Of a stretch of DNA of 64,000 nucleotides, positions 1 through 9,178 are shown piece by piece. This DNA is from Vicinamibacteria bacterium (GTDB lineage Bacteria; Acidobacteriota; Vicinamibacteria; Marinacidobacterales; Marinacidobacteraceae), in NCBI GenBank assembly GCA_963555995.3, contig OY821641.1, positions 128,001 to 192,000 on the forward strand, in the 5' to 3' direction. The translations under genes were made by a program, and so were the position numbers. How positions within the stretch are numbered: position 1 is the first letter of the stretch; each line of letters opens with the position of its first letter. Below the pieces are notes generated by a model that did not search any database, was not told where the DNA came from, and saw only the letters and a program-made list of their open reading frames with translations.

Positions 1-634
1 CGGGGAGTTCCTGGCCCTCATGGGGCCGTCGGGCTCGGGGAAATCCACCCTGCTCAACCTGATCGCGGGGCTCGACCGGCCCACGAGCGGCGAGGTGGTG
101 GTCGGCGGTGCGGCGATCCACCGCCTCTCCGAGCGGAAGCTCGCCGCCTGGCGGGCGCGGAACATCGGCTTCGTCTTCCAGTTCTCGAACCTGCTGGGAG
201 CGCTGAGCGCCGAGCGGAACGTGGCGGTGCCGCTGCTGCTGACCTCGTTTTCCGCCCGCGAGCGCCGCCGCCGGGTCGCCATCGCCCTCGAGATCGTCGG
301 GCTCACGGACCGTGGCAAGCACCGCCCTCGGGAACTCTCGGGCGGCGAGCAGCAGCGGGTCGGCATCGCCCGCGCGCTGGTGAACGATCCGGCGCTCCTC
401 GTCTGCGACGAGCCGACCGGCGACCTCGACCGCGCCACGAGCGCGGAGATCCTCGACCTGCTGGGGGCGCTGAACCGCGACCACGGCAAGACGATCCTGA
501 TGGTGACCCACGACCCGGTGGCGGCCGAGCGGGCCTCCCGCACCCTGCACCTCGAGGACGGCCGGCTGGTGGAGTGCGGGCACGACGGGACGATCACGGT
601 GCCCGTCCACGAACCGGCGGGAGCGGCGGTGTGA
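1..634 (+). CDS. ABC transporter ATP-binding protein (LolD/MacB family), 5'-truncated by window edge
   Basis: Walker A GPSGSGKS, signature LSGGEQQRV, Walker B LLVCDEPT, H-loop VTHD. Confidence 0.93.
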   Translation, partial: GEFLALMGPSGSGKSTLLNLIAGLDRPTSGEVVVGGAAIHRLSERKLAAWRARNIGFVFQFSNLLGALSAERNVAVPLLLTSFSARERRRRVAIALEIVGLTDRGKHRPRELSGGEQQRVGIARALVNDPALLVCDEPTGDLDRATSAEILDLLGALNRDHGKTILMVTHDPVAAERASRTLHLEDGRLVECGHDGTITVPVHEPAGAAV

Positions 635-1791
635 GCTCGTTCACCCTCATCAGCGCGGCGCTCCGCCGGAAGAAGACGCGCACCTTCCTGACCTTCTCCT
701 CGGTCGTCTTCGCGTTCCTGATCTTCGGGGTCCTCGCGATGCTCCAGACCGCGTTCTCGATGGGGGTGGACCTCGCCGGCGAGGACCGGCTGGTGGTGCG
801 CCACCGGGTCTCCCTCTTCCAGTTGCTGCCGCAGTCCTACGAGGCCGACATGGAGGAGATCCCCGGGGTCATTGACGCTGTCCACATGACCTGGTTCGGC
901 GGGGTGTACCAGGACCCCTCCAACTTCTTCATGCAGTCGCCGGTCGAGCCGGCGGAGTACCTCGACATGTATCCCGAGGTTTCGGTCCCGGAGGAGGCGA
1001 AACTCCGCTGGATCGAGACCCGGAACGGCGCCATCGTCGGGCGGGCGCTCGCCGAACGGCTCGGCTGGGAGGTCGGGGACCGGATTCCCATCCAGCCGAC
1101 GATCTGGCGGCAGGAGGGACGCGGCGACGAAGCCTGGGAATTCGAGATCGTCGGCATCTACAGCAGCGCCGTCGAGGGTTTCGACGAGACCCAGTTCCTG
1201 TTCCGCTACGACTTCTTCGACGAGACGCGCTCCTTCGGCCGGGGCCAGGTCGGGTGGTTCATGGTGCGGATCAACGATCCCGAGCGGGCGCCCGAGATCG
1301 CCGCCGCCATTGACGACGCCTTCCGCAACTCCGCCGCCGAGACCAAGAGCGAATCGGAAGGCGCGTTCGCGGCCGGGTTCGCCAACCAGGTCGGGAACCT
1401 CGGCCTCATCGTGACCTCCATTCTCGCGGCGGTCTTCTTCACCATCCTGCTGGTGGCGGGCAACACGATGGCGCAGTCGGTCCGCGAGCGCATCGGCGAG
1501 ATCGGCCTGCTGAAGGCGCTCGGCTTCACCGGCGCCCGGGTGCAGCGGCTCGTCCTGATGGAGTCGGTGACCCTGGTGACGACCGCGGGGTTCCTGGGGA
1601 TGCTCCTCGCCGTCGGACTCGAACGGGGCTTCCGGCAGGCGCTTGCCGCCTACTTCCCGGGCCTCTACCTGCGTCCCGAAGACCTGGCGCTCGGCCTCGG
1701 CATCGCGGTGGCGACGGGGCTGGTGGTCGGGATCTTCCCGGCGCGGCGGGCGATGCGCCTCGAGACGGCGCTCGCCCTGCGGCGGTTGTAG
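631..1791 (+). CDS. ABC transporter permease (MacB/FtsX family)
   Basis: GTG at 631 overlaps upstream stop (GTGA); N-terminal TM, periplasmic domain, C-terminal 'SVRERIGEIGLLKALGF' motif. Confidence 0.88.
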   Translation: MSSFTLISAALRRKKTRTFLTFSSVVFAFLIFGVLAMLQTAFSMGVDLAGEDRLVVRHRVSLFQLLPQSYEADMEEIPGVIDAVHMTWFGGVYQDPSNFFMQSPVEPAEYLDMYPEVSVPEEAKLRWIETRNGAIVGRALAERLGWEVGDRIPIQPTIWRQEGRGDEAWEFEIVGIYSSAVEGFDETQFLFRYDFFDETRSFGRGQVGWFMVRINDPERAPEIAAAIDDAFRNSAAETKSESEGAFAAGFANQVGNLGLIVTSILAAVFFTILLVAGNTMAQSVRERIGEIGLLKALGFTGARVQRLVLMESVTLVTTAGFLGMLLAVGLERGFRQALAAYFPGLYLRPEDLALGLGIAVATGLVVGIFPARRAMRLETALALRRL

Positions 1792-1803
1792 GAGGTCGGC
1801 GCC

Positions 1804-3000
1804 ATGCGACTCGGTTCCTTCATCCGCCAGTGCCAGGCGGTGACCCGTTACAACCTGGAGACCATCTGGGAGCGCCGCGCGGTCTCGGTGGTCGCCATCT
1901 TCGGCATCGCCGGGGTCGTCGGGGTCATGGTCGCGGTGCTCTCCATGGCCGCCGGATTCCGCGCGGTGGTCACCGGGCAGGCCCGCGACGACGTGGCGGT
2001 GGTGCTGCGGACGGGGTCCACCGGGGAGACCGACAGCATCCTCACCCACCAGGACATCCAGGTCCTCTGGGAGGCCCCGGGGGTGGCGCGGGGCCCGGAC
2101 GGCCCGCTCGTCTCGCCCGAGCTCTTCGTCATCATTGACCGCAAGAAGATCGGCGCCGGCACCGACGCGAACGTGCCGCTGCGCGGGGTGGACGCCGCCG
2201 CCTTCCCCCTGCGGGAGCAGTTCGAGATCGTGGAGGGCCGGAACTTCGAGCCGGGCCGCAACGAGGTCATCGTGGGCGACGGCGCGGCCGGAGCCTTCGA
2301 GGGTCTCCTCGTCGGAGACCGGATTGACGTGGGCCGCGCCTCCTGGGAGGTGGTGGGCCGGTTCACCGCCGGCGGCGGCGTCGCCGAGTCGGAGATCTGG
2401 ACCGACAACCGCATCCTCCAGCAGATGTACCAGCGCGGCAACTCCTGGAACCTGGCGCTGGTGCGGCTCACCGATGCCGGGGACTTCGAAGGCTTCGAGC
2501 AGGCGCTCACCGACGATCCCCGGGTGAGCCTCGGCGCCCAGCGCCAGACCACCTACATGGCCGCGCAGTCGGCCCCGATCGAGACGTTCATCTCGGTGAT
2601 GGGTTGGATCATCGTCGCCATGATGTCGGCGGGCGCGGTGTTCGCGGCGCTCAACACCATGTACGCGGCGGTGTCCTCCCGCTCGCGCGAGATCGCCACG
2701 CTGCGCGCGCTCGGGTTCTCCCGGCTGCCGGTGGTCGTCTCGGTGATGATCGAGTCGCTCGTCTTCGGGCTGATCGGCGCGGCGGCCGGCGGCGCGGCCT
2801 CGTGGTTCCTGTTCGACGGCTTCCGGGCGGCGACCATCAACTGGGCTTCGTTCAGCCAGGTGGCCTTCGCCTTCGAGGTGACCCCGGAACTGCTCGTCCA
2901 GGGGACGACGCTGGCCCTCGTCATCGGGGCGATCGGCGGCTTCCTCCCCGCGGTGGGCGCCGCCCGCCGCAGCGTTGTGGGGGCGCTCCGGGAGCAGTAG
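1804..3000 (+). CDS. ABC transporter permease (MacB/FtsX family)
   Basis: 'RSREIATLRALGF' motif; GGAGG RBS; tandem with the previous permease. Confidence 0.88.
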   Translation: MRLGSFIRQCQAVTRYNLETIWERRAVSVVAIFGIAGVVGVMVAVLSMAAGFRAVVTGQARDDVAVVLRTGSTGETDSILTHQDIQVLWEAPGVARGPDGPLVSPELFVIIDRKKIGAGTDANVPLRGVDAAAFPLREQFEIVEGRNFEPGRNEVIVGDGAAGAFEGLLVGDRIDVGRASWEVVGRFTAGGGVAESEIWTDNRILQQMYQRGNSWNLALVRLTDAGDFEGFEQALTDDPRVSLGAQRQTTYMAAQSAPIETFISVMGWIIVAMMSAGAVFAALNTMYAAVSSRSREIATLRALGFSRLPVVVSVMIESLVFGLIGAAAGGAASWFLFDGFRAATINWASFSQVAFAFEVTPELLVQGTTLALVIGAIGGFLPAVGAARRSVVGALREQ

Positions 3001-3083
3001 CAGGGTCCGCACCTTTGCGGAACCGGGGACACCGCGCGACGGCTTGTCGAAGCCGCGCCGTGCGCAGCGCGGAGCGCCGCGCG

Positions 3084-3107
3084 TGCCGGTCTGGAGACCG
3101 GCGTTCC
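3084..3107. repeat. REP-like palindrome (TGCCGGTCTGGAGACCGGCGTTCC)
   Basis: Hairpin matching a family seen more than 20 times in intergenic DNA; lies between convergent genes. Confidence 0.8.
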
Positions 3108-3148
3108 AAGCCGGCGGCGCTATCGGTCGGCGGTCCGGCGCTTCCCGA

Positions 3149-5269
3149 TCAGTTCAGGCCGCGCCGGCGGAGCAGGGGTTCGACCTCCGCGTCCCGGCCG
3201 CGGAAGGTGCGGAAGAGGTCCATCGCCTCGATGCTGCCGCCCTTCGAGAGCAGGGTCTCTCGGAAGTGGTCCCCGTTCTCCCGCAGGAGGCCGTCGTTCT
3301 CCCGGAACCACTCCACGGAATCCGCGTCCAGCACCTCGCTCCAGATGTAGGAGTAGTAGCCGGCGGAGTAGCCGCTGCTCCAGATGTGGGAGAAGTAGGT
3401 GGTGCGGTAGCGCGGCGGCACCGGCGCGAAGGCGATGCCGGCCTCCTCGAGCGCCGCTTCCTCGAACGCGAGCACCCCGTCCGCATCGGGGGTCTCGGAG
3501 GCGCCGAGCTGGTGCCAGGCGAGGTCGAGCAGGGTGGCGGCCAGGTACTCGGTGGTGGCGAAGCCCTGGTTGAAGGTGCGCGCCGCGAGCACCCGGTCGA
3601 GCAGGTCGCCCGGGATCGGCTCGCCGGTCTCGTGGTGGACGGCGTAGTTCCGCAGCACCTCCGGCCAGGTCGCCCACATCTCGTTCACCTGCGAGGGGTA
3701 TTCCACGAAGTCGCGGGGCACGGAGGTTCCGGCGAAGTAGGGATAGCGGACCTTCGAGAAGAGGCCGTGGAGGGCGTGCCCGAACTCGTGGAACAGGGTG
3801 ATGACCTCGTCGAAGGTCAGCAGCGTGGGCTCCCCCTCCGGGGGCTTCGGGACGTTCAGGTGGTTGGCGACCACCGGCTTGGTCGCGAGCAGGCCGGACT
3901 GGGAGACGTAGGCGTTCATCCAGGCGCCGCCGCGCTTCGAGGGCCGGGCGTAGAAGTCGCCGATGAAGAGCCCGAGCGGGGTTCCGTCCTCCTCGAACAC
4001 TTCCCAGATGCGGACGTCGGGGTGATAGACGGGCAGTTCGGGCCGCTCCTCGAAGGTCAGGCCGAAGAGCCGGTTGGCCGCGAAGAAGACCCCGTTCACC
4101 AGCACCCCGTCCATCTCGAAGTAGGGCCGGAGCTCGGACGCGTCGAAGGAGAACCGCTCGGCCCGCAGCTTCTCGGAGTAGTAGGACCAGTCCCAGGCGG
4201 CGATCTCGATGTCCTCACCTTCGGAACGGGCAAGTTCCGCCAGGTCCTCGGCTTCGCGGCGCGCGTTGGCGACCGCCCTCGGGGTGAGACCCGAAAGCCG
4301 TTCGTCCACCGCCTCGATGGTCTGCGCGGTCTGCTCCTCGAGGATGTAGGCGGCGTGGTGCGGGTAGCCGAGCAGCGCGGCGCGCTCGGCGCGGAGGGCG
4401 GCGATCCGTACCACCGCCTCCCGGTTGTCGTGCTCCCCGCCCCGGCTGCCCCGCGCGAGCGAGGTCTTCATGATCCGCTCGCGGAGCGCGCGGTCCTCGA
4501 GCGAGGAGAGGGCGGGCTGACCGCTGGTGTTCAGGAGCGCGATGACGTACGTGCCTTCGAGGTCGCGGGCCTTCGCGGCCTCGGCCGCCGCCGCGATCTC
4601 ACCTTCCGAGAGCCCGGCGAGTTCCTCGGCGGAGTCCACCACCACCGCCGAGGCGTTCACTTCGTCGAGGGTGTTCTCGCTGAAAGCCGCCGAGAGCGAG
4701 GCGAGTTCGGCGTTGATCTCCCGCATCCGGTCCTTCTCCGACTCGGAGAGCAGGGCGCCGGCGCGGCTGAAGTCCCGCCGGTACTGCTCCACGAGGCGCA
4801 CCTCTTCGGGCGAGAGGCCCAGGTTGTTCCGGGACTCGTAGAGCGACTCGACCCGGGCGAAGAGATCGTTGTTCAGGAGGATCTGGTCCGAGTGCGCCGC
4901 CAGCTTCGGCGCCATCTCGGCGCGGATGGCGTTGATCTCGTCGTTGGTGTCCGCCGAGGACAGGCTGAAGAAGACCCGCGCCACCCGGTCGAGCAGCCGG
5001 CCTGACCGTTCGATGGGCACCAGGGTGTTCTCGAAGGTGGCCGGGTCCGCGGACGACGCGATGGCGGCGATCTCCTCGAGTTGCTCGGCCATCCCGCGCT
5101 CGAACGCCGCCCGGTAGTGCCCGTCCTCGATGCGGTCGAAATGGGGCAGCCCGTAGGGCAGCGTGCTCTCGGTGAAGAACGGGTTGTCAGCCACGTCGTC
5201 CTCCGGCGGCGTGCAACCCGCCGCCAGCCACAGGGCCGCCGCGGCGGCCGCAACAAAGCGATTGTTCAT
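3149..5269 (-). CDS. dcp: M3 family peptidase (peptidyl-dipeptidase Dcp-like), lipoprotein
   Basis: HEFGH zinc motif, 'RDFVEYPSQ', 'GYSAGYYSYIWSEVLDAD'; start MNNRF... with lipobox LAAGC. Confidence 0.9.
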   Translation of the reverse strand: MNNRFVAAAAAALWLAAGCTPPEDDVADNPFFTESTLPYGLPHFDRIEDGHYRAAFERGMAEQLEEIAAIASSADPATFENTLVPIERSGRLLDRVARVFFSLSSADTNDEINAIRAEMAPKLAAHSDQILLNNDLFARVESLYESRNNLGLSPEEVRLVEQYRRDFSRAGALLSESEKDRMREINAELASLSAAFSENTLDEVNASAVVVDSAEELAGLSEGEIAAAAEAAKARDLEGTYVIALLNTSGQPALSSLEDRALRERIMKTSLARGSRGGEHDNREAVVRIAALRAERAALLGYPHHAAYILEEQTAQTIEAVDERLSGLTPRAVANARREAEDLAELARSEGEDIEIAAWDWSYYSEKLRAERFSFDASELRPYFEMDGVLVNGVFFAANRLFGLTFEERPELPVYHPDVRIWEVFEEDGTPLGLFIGDFYARPSKRGGAWMNAYVSQSGLLATKPVVANHLNVPKPPEGEPTLLTFDEVITLFHEFGHALHGLFSKVRYPYFAGTSVPRDFVEYPSQVNEMWATWPEVLRNYAVHHETGEPIPGDLLDRVLAARTFNQGFATTEYLAATLLDLAWHQLGASETPDADGVLAFEEAALEEAGIAFAPVPPRYRTTYFSHIWSSGYSAGYYSYIWSEVLDADSVEWFRENDGLLRENGDHFRETLLSKGGSIEAMDLFRTFRGRDAEVEPLLRRRGLN

Positions 5270-5351
5270 GATGGGAACTCCCGTCGGCGGCGCCGGCGAA
5301 TCGGGTCCCGCCGGGCTTCCGCAGGTCGCAATTCTGTCGCGGCCGGCGCTG

Positions 5352-7646
5352 CTACCGCCGGTAGGACTGGGCGCGGCGGACCTCGCGTTCGGCCTCGGCC
5401 ATCCGGCCCTGCCGGTTGTACACGTCGGCGAGCACGTAGTGGCCGAGGGGCGCCTGGTCCGGTTCGGGTTCGAGGGAGAGGCCGCGGAGGGCCGATTCCT
5501 CCGCCTCCGCCAGTGCGCCCCGGTCGAGGAGCGCCTTGGACAGGTAGAGATACCCGACTCCGAAGTCGGGGTTGTGCTCGACGGCGGCCCGGAACGACGC
5601 CTCCATCCGCTCCGGATCTCCCATCGCCCCGTAGAGCTTGGCGACGTTGAAGTGGGACCGGAAGTCCCGCGGCGCCATCTCCAGCCGGGTCTCGTAGGCA
5701 TTGATGGCGCCGGAGCCGTCGCCGCGTTCCTCGAAGAGCAGCGCCAGGTTGTACCAGGCGTCCGAGAGCTGGTCGTCCATCTCCAGCGCGAGGCGCAGTT
5801 CGGCCTCGGCTTCGTCGAGGCGGCCGAGGCTCAGCAGGCATTCGCCCTTCAGGTTGCGCGCCGGCGCCCGCTCCTCGCCGGTGGCCTCGAGCCCGGCCAG
5901 CACTTCGAGGGCCTCCTCGTATTCCCCCTCGGCGGCGTGGATCTCCGCCAGGTGGTAGTGGGCCTTGTTGTCGTTGGGGTCCAGTTCCAGCAGGCGCCGG
6001 TAGCCGGCGGCGGCTTCGTCATACCGCTCCGCCAGCCGGTAGGCGTCCGCGAGCCCCAGGATCGCGGACTTGTATTCGGGATCGAGCGCCAGCGCTTCCC
6101 GGTAGGCGCCGATCGCCCCGTCCCAGTCCTCCCGCTTGACGTGGAGGTTGCCGAGGATCAGGTGCGCTTCCAGGATGCCGGGATCTTCGGCGAGCACGCG
6201 CTGCACCTTGGCCATCGCGTCCTCGATCCGGTCCTCGGTGGAGTCGGTGCCGGCCTCCTTCAGCAGGTTGTAGAGGACGATCTTGTCCTTGGGGTCGGCG
6301 AGCTCCTCGCCTTCCTCCACCCGGACGCGCGACGAGCCGCCCAGGTAGCCGAGCGCGGCGAGCTGGGCCCGCGTCTCCTCGTCCAGGGTCTCGGGGGCCT
6401 CTTCGTCGGCTCCTTCCTTCTCGAACTCGGCCACCACTCGGTCGAGCCGCGCCTGGAGCTGGCGAACCTGTCCCGGCCGTTCGGGGGCGAGGTTCCGTGT
6501 TTCGCCCGGATCATCGAGTACCTCGAAGAGTTCCGGACGCGGTGCCGCGATGAAGTGGAGCAGGCCGTTCCGGAGGGCGCGGAGCGGAGCCCAGCCGTAG
6601 TGGTTCCGGGGGTAGAAGCTCTCCGAGTACGCCCAGAGGCCCAGGTCGGTCTCCGTTCCGTCGGCGAGCGGCACGAGGCTCGCCCCCTGCACGTCGCCGG
6701 GGACCGGCACTCCCACCAGGTCGAGGACGGTCGGCATCAGGTCAATCCCGCGCACCTGCGCGGGGACGCGCAGGCCGCGGCCGATCTGGCGGTAGGGCGC
6801 CCGGAGCAGGAAGGGCACCTGCATCGCGGCGTCGTAGATGAAAAAGCCGTGCGCCCCCTCCCGGTGCCGGCCGAGGCTCTCGCCGTGGTCCCCGATCAGG
6901 ACGAGCAGCGTGTCCTCCGCGAGTTCGTTCGCGTCCAGCCAGTCCAGAAGCTGCCCGACCAGGGAATCGGTGAACAGCACTTCCGCGTCGTAGGAGGCTT
7001 CCGGGTAGCCGCGGACCCGGGACGCCCAGGGCTCCGGCGCCTCGTAGGGCCAGTGCGGGTCGTAGAGGTGGATCCAGGAGAAGAACCGTTCCTCCTTCAC
7101 CCCGTCCATCCAGTCGAGCGCCGCCTCGAGGACCTCGTCCCCGGGGCGCTGCACGCTGTCGAGGCTGATCCGCTCGAACTCGCGGAAGTTGAAGTCATCG
7201 AAGTAGCGGTCGAACCCCTGGTCGAGCCCCCAGCGCGAGTCCACGACGAAGGCGGCGACGAACGCGCCGGTCCGGTACCCCGCCGCGCGCAGCGCTTCGG
7301 CGAGCGTCTCGGAGTCCTCCCGGACGTAGTAGCCGCCGTTGTCCCGCACTCCGTTGAACATCGGGTAGGTCCCGGTGAACATGGAGGTGTGCGAGGGCAG
7401 GGTGAGCGGCACGGTGGCGGTCGCCTGCTCGAAGAGGACGCCCTCCGCCGCCACCCGGCCGAAGGCGGGCGTTTCGATCCGGTCGTTGCCGTACTGGGTC
7501 AGGTGCCGCGCCGACAGGGTGTCGAGAGTGACCACCACCACGTTCAGGGGCCGAATGGGATCGGTCCCCCCGGGAAGCCCGGAACACGCGCCCAGGGACA
7601 GGGCAAGGCCCACCGCCCCCAACCTCAGCACGGAACGTGAACTCAT
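5352..7646 (-). CDS. Sulfatase-like/alkaline phosphatase superfamily domain fused to C-terminal TPR repeats, lipoprotein
   Basis: 'NVVVVTLDT', 'TLPSHTSMFTG', 'YDPH', 'GDHGE'; multiple TPRs; lipobox LGAC. Confidence 0.85.
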   Translation of the reverse strand: MSSRSVLRLGAVGLALSLGACSGLPGGTDPIRPLNVVVVTLDTLSARHLTQYGNDRIETPAFGRVAAEGVLFEQATATVPLTLPSHTSMFTGTYPMFNGVRDNGGYYVREDSETLAEALRAAGYRTGAFVAAFVVDSRWGLDQGFDRYFDDFNFREFERISLDSVQRPGDEVLEAALDWMDGVKEERFFSWIHLYDPHWPYEAPEPWASRVRGYPEASYDAEVLFTDSLVGQLLDWLDANELAEDTLLVLIGDHGESLGRHREGAHGFFIYDAAMQVPFLLRAPYRQIGRGLRVPAQVRGIDLMPTVLDLVGVPVPGDVQGASLVPLADGTETDLGLWAYSESFYPRNHYGWAPLRALRNGLLHFIAAPRPELFEVLDDPGETRNLAPERPGQVRQLQARLDRVVAEFEKEGADEEAPETLDEETRAQLAALGYLGGSSRVRVEEGEELADPKDKIVLYNLLKEAGTDSTEDRIEDAMAKVQRVLAEDPGILEAHLILGNLHVKREDWDGAIGAYREALALDPEYKSAILGLADAYRLAERYDEAAAGYRRLLELDPNDNKAHYHLAEIHAAEGEYEEALEVLAGLEATGEERAPARNLKGECLLSLGRLDEAEAELRLALEMDDQLSDAWYNLALLFEERGDGSGAINAYETRLEMAPRDFRSHFNVAKLYGAMGDPERMEASFRAAVEHNPDFGVGYLYLSKALLDRGALAEAEESALRGLSLEPEPDQAPLGHYVLADVYNRQGRMAEAEREVRRAQSYRR

Positions 7647-7690
7647 CGAGGCCAGATTATCGCCCCGGTGAGGCCGGGTAAGCTCCCTCA

Positions 7691-7930
7691 GTGAAACCTG
7701 TTCGGATCCGGTTCCCGGAAGATCTCCTCGAACGACTTGATGCCGACGAGGACGTTCAGCGGCTCGGCCGTTCCGAGGTCGTTCGGCGCCTCGTCGAGGC
7801 GTACCTCCGCCGTCGCGACGAAAAAACGATCGCAGAGGAATACGCCCGCGGCTATGGACCGGATTTCCCACCGATCGAGGAGGAACTCGAAGGTTGGACG
7901 GACGCGGCCGCCGCGTGGCGCGAACCGTAA
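7691..7930 (+). CDS. CopG/ribbon-helix-helix protein, MazE/EndoAI-like antitoxin (orphan)
   Basis: RHH pattern 'VRIRFPEDLLERLD...RSEVVRRLV'; acidic tail 'EEYARGY'. Confidence 0.7.
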   Translation: MKPVRIRFPEDLLERLDADEDVQRLGRSEVVRRLVEAYLRRRDEKTIAEEYARGYGPDFPPIEEELEGWTDAAAAWREP

Positions 7931-7977
7931 GACACGAAGACGCCTGACTGCATCATGTCGGTGCTCCGGACCGCCTC

Positions 7978-8238
7978 GGAGCGCCAGCCTCCGGCTGGCA
8001 TCGCGCGGGAGCGCGAAACCCTCATGATCGGTCCTCCGGCACACCCCGTCGGGCATGAAAACAGCGAAGACGGCTGGGAGCGCCGCTCTTCAGAGCGGCA
8101 CAGCGGGCCGAAGGCCCGCGGATGTCGTGTCGCTGCTTGCGCTGATGAACCGAGAGCGGAGCGCCACCGCGCCAGCCCGCGTCGTGCCGTGCGCTGCGCT
8201 CTCGCGCAGCGCGTGCCGGTCTGAAGACCGGCGCTCCC
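7978..8238. repeat. REP variant (7978-8000) plus REPIN-like doublet (8076-8238)
   Basis: Inverted REPs at 8076-8100 and 8214-8238; spacer similar to copies at 19697-19860 and 61072-61234. Confidence 0.85.
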
Positions 8239-8367
8239 AGCCGGCGGCGCAACCCACGCTGGTTGACCCTTCGCCCGGACTGCACTTTCACGGCCAACCC
8301 GCGCTGATGGCCCTCCTCCCCGTGAACGGGGCCTGCCTGACGGCGGAGGGTGAGCGGGGCCGCACGG

Positions 8368-8775
8368 TCAGTCGGCCGGCGCGGGCAGCAGCTCGAACCC
8401 CTGTTCCGCGAAGTCGGCGTCGAGAGCGAGCGCGCGGTGGATGCCGCGCCGCCGCATCAGCTCGAAGCTCGTGCAGTCCACGAAGGAGAGCCTCCGCCGG
8501 CCCGCGGCCAGAAACGCCGCGGTCGCGACTTCGTGCTCTTCGGGAGAAAGGAAAACCATTTCGATCAGGGGGAAGATGGCGTCGTGGGCAGTGCGCGCCG
8601 CCTTCATCCCAAGCCGGCGCTGTGCGACCGCGAAGGATTCCACGACGACGTAGTTCGAGGTCACGAACCGCCCCGAACCAGCGAGCGACTCCCAGGCGGC
8701 CACCACGGCATCGTGCCGCGGGTCGTCCTCGTCGAGCAGCCCCACAACCGCCGAGGTGTCCACGAACACGCTCAT
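8368..8775 (-). CDS. vapC: PIN-domain toxin (VapC)
   Basis: 'VFVDTSA', 'VVVES', 'LSFVDCTS', 'ALDADF'. Confidence 0.92.
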   Translation of the reverse strand: MSVFVDTSAVVGLLDEDDPRHDAVVAAWESLAGSGRFVTSNYVVVESFAVAQRRLGMKAARTAHDAIFPLIEMVFLSPEEHEVATAAFLAAGRRRLSFVDCTSFELMRRRGIHRALALDADFAEQGFELLPAPAD

Positions 8776-9020
8776 GGGTCGAAATCCTCGGCGAGGTAGT
8801 GATCGTGGTTCTCGGCAAGATCGGGGAGTCCGGAACGGAAGCTCCCGAAGGCGGCGCGCGCCCGCTGCAACAGCTCGTCCCGGTCCGGTTCCCGCCGCTC
8901 GGCCAGCGACCGGTCCACCGCGTCCCGCACGACGGCGGCCACGGATTGACCGTTGGACGCGGCCCGCTGGCGCAACGCCCGCGCCTGTTCCCCGGTGAAC
9001 TGAATCTGCATGCGAACCAT
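8772..9020 (-). CDS. vapB: RHH antitoxin (VapB)
   Basis: 'MVRMQIQFT...SVAAVVRDAV'; 'DLAENHDHYL' tail; ATGA overlap with vapC. Confidence 0.85.
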   Translation of the reverse strand: MVRMQIQFTGEQARALRQRAASNGQSVAAVVRDAVDRSLAERREPDRDELLQRARAAFGSFRSGLPDLAENHDHYLAEDFDP

Positions 9021-9054
9021 GCCATCATGATAGCGAATCTGCCATCATGGTGCC
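9021..9054. promoter_or_regulatory. Probable VapB operator: two near-palindromes GCCATCATGATAGC / GCCATCATGGTGCC
   Basis: Two copies 20 bp apart immediately upstream of vapB. Confidence 0.6.
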
Positions 9055-9077
9055 CATCAACCATCGGGCCAGGCCGT

Positions 9078-9106
9078 TTGACACGTTGGCCCCAAGTTCA
9101 TACGGT
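9078..9106 (+). promoter_or_regulatory. Sigma70-like promoter TTGACA-N17-TACGGT for the TonB-dependent receptor
   Basis: Perfect -35 box, 17-bp spacer. Confidence 0.55.
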
Positions 9107-9178
9107 TCGGGGTTGGATTCGCCCCGGTTCCCGGGGCTGATCCCCAGTTCCATCCAGCTTCCCTTGGGGGGTCCATAG

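Noticed and set aside
2975-7640. Long plus-strand ORFs 2975-5005 and 5163-7640, and similar antisense ORFs elsewhere (12000-13940, 28689-31025, 40342-42267, 52405-54471)
   Set aside because: Shadow frames opposite well-supported genes, expected at this GC content; no recognisable motifs
7955-8297. Short ORFs with recurring peptides such as 'ACRSEDRRS' or 'GAPVFRPA'
   Set aside because: These are translations of the REP/REPIN sequences, not a protein family
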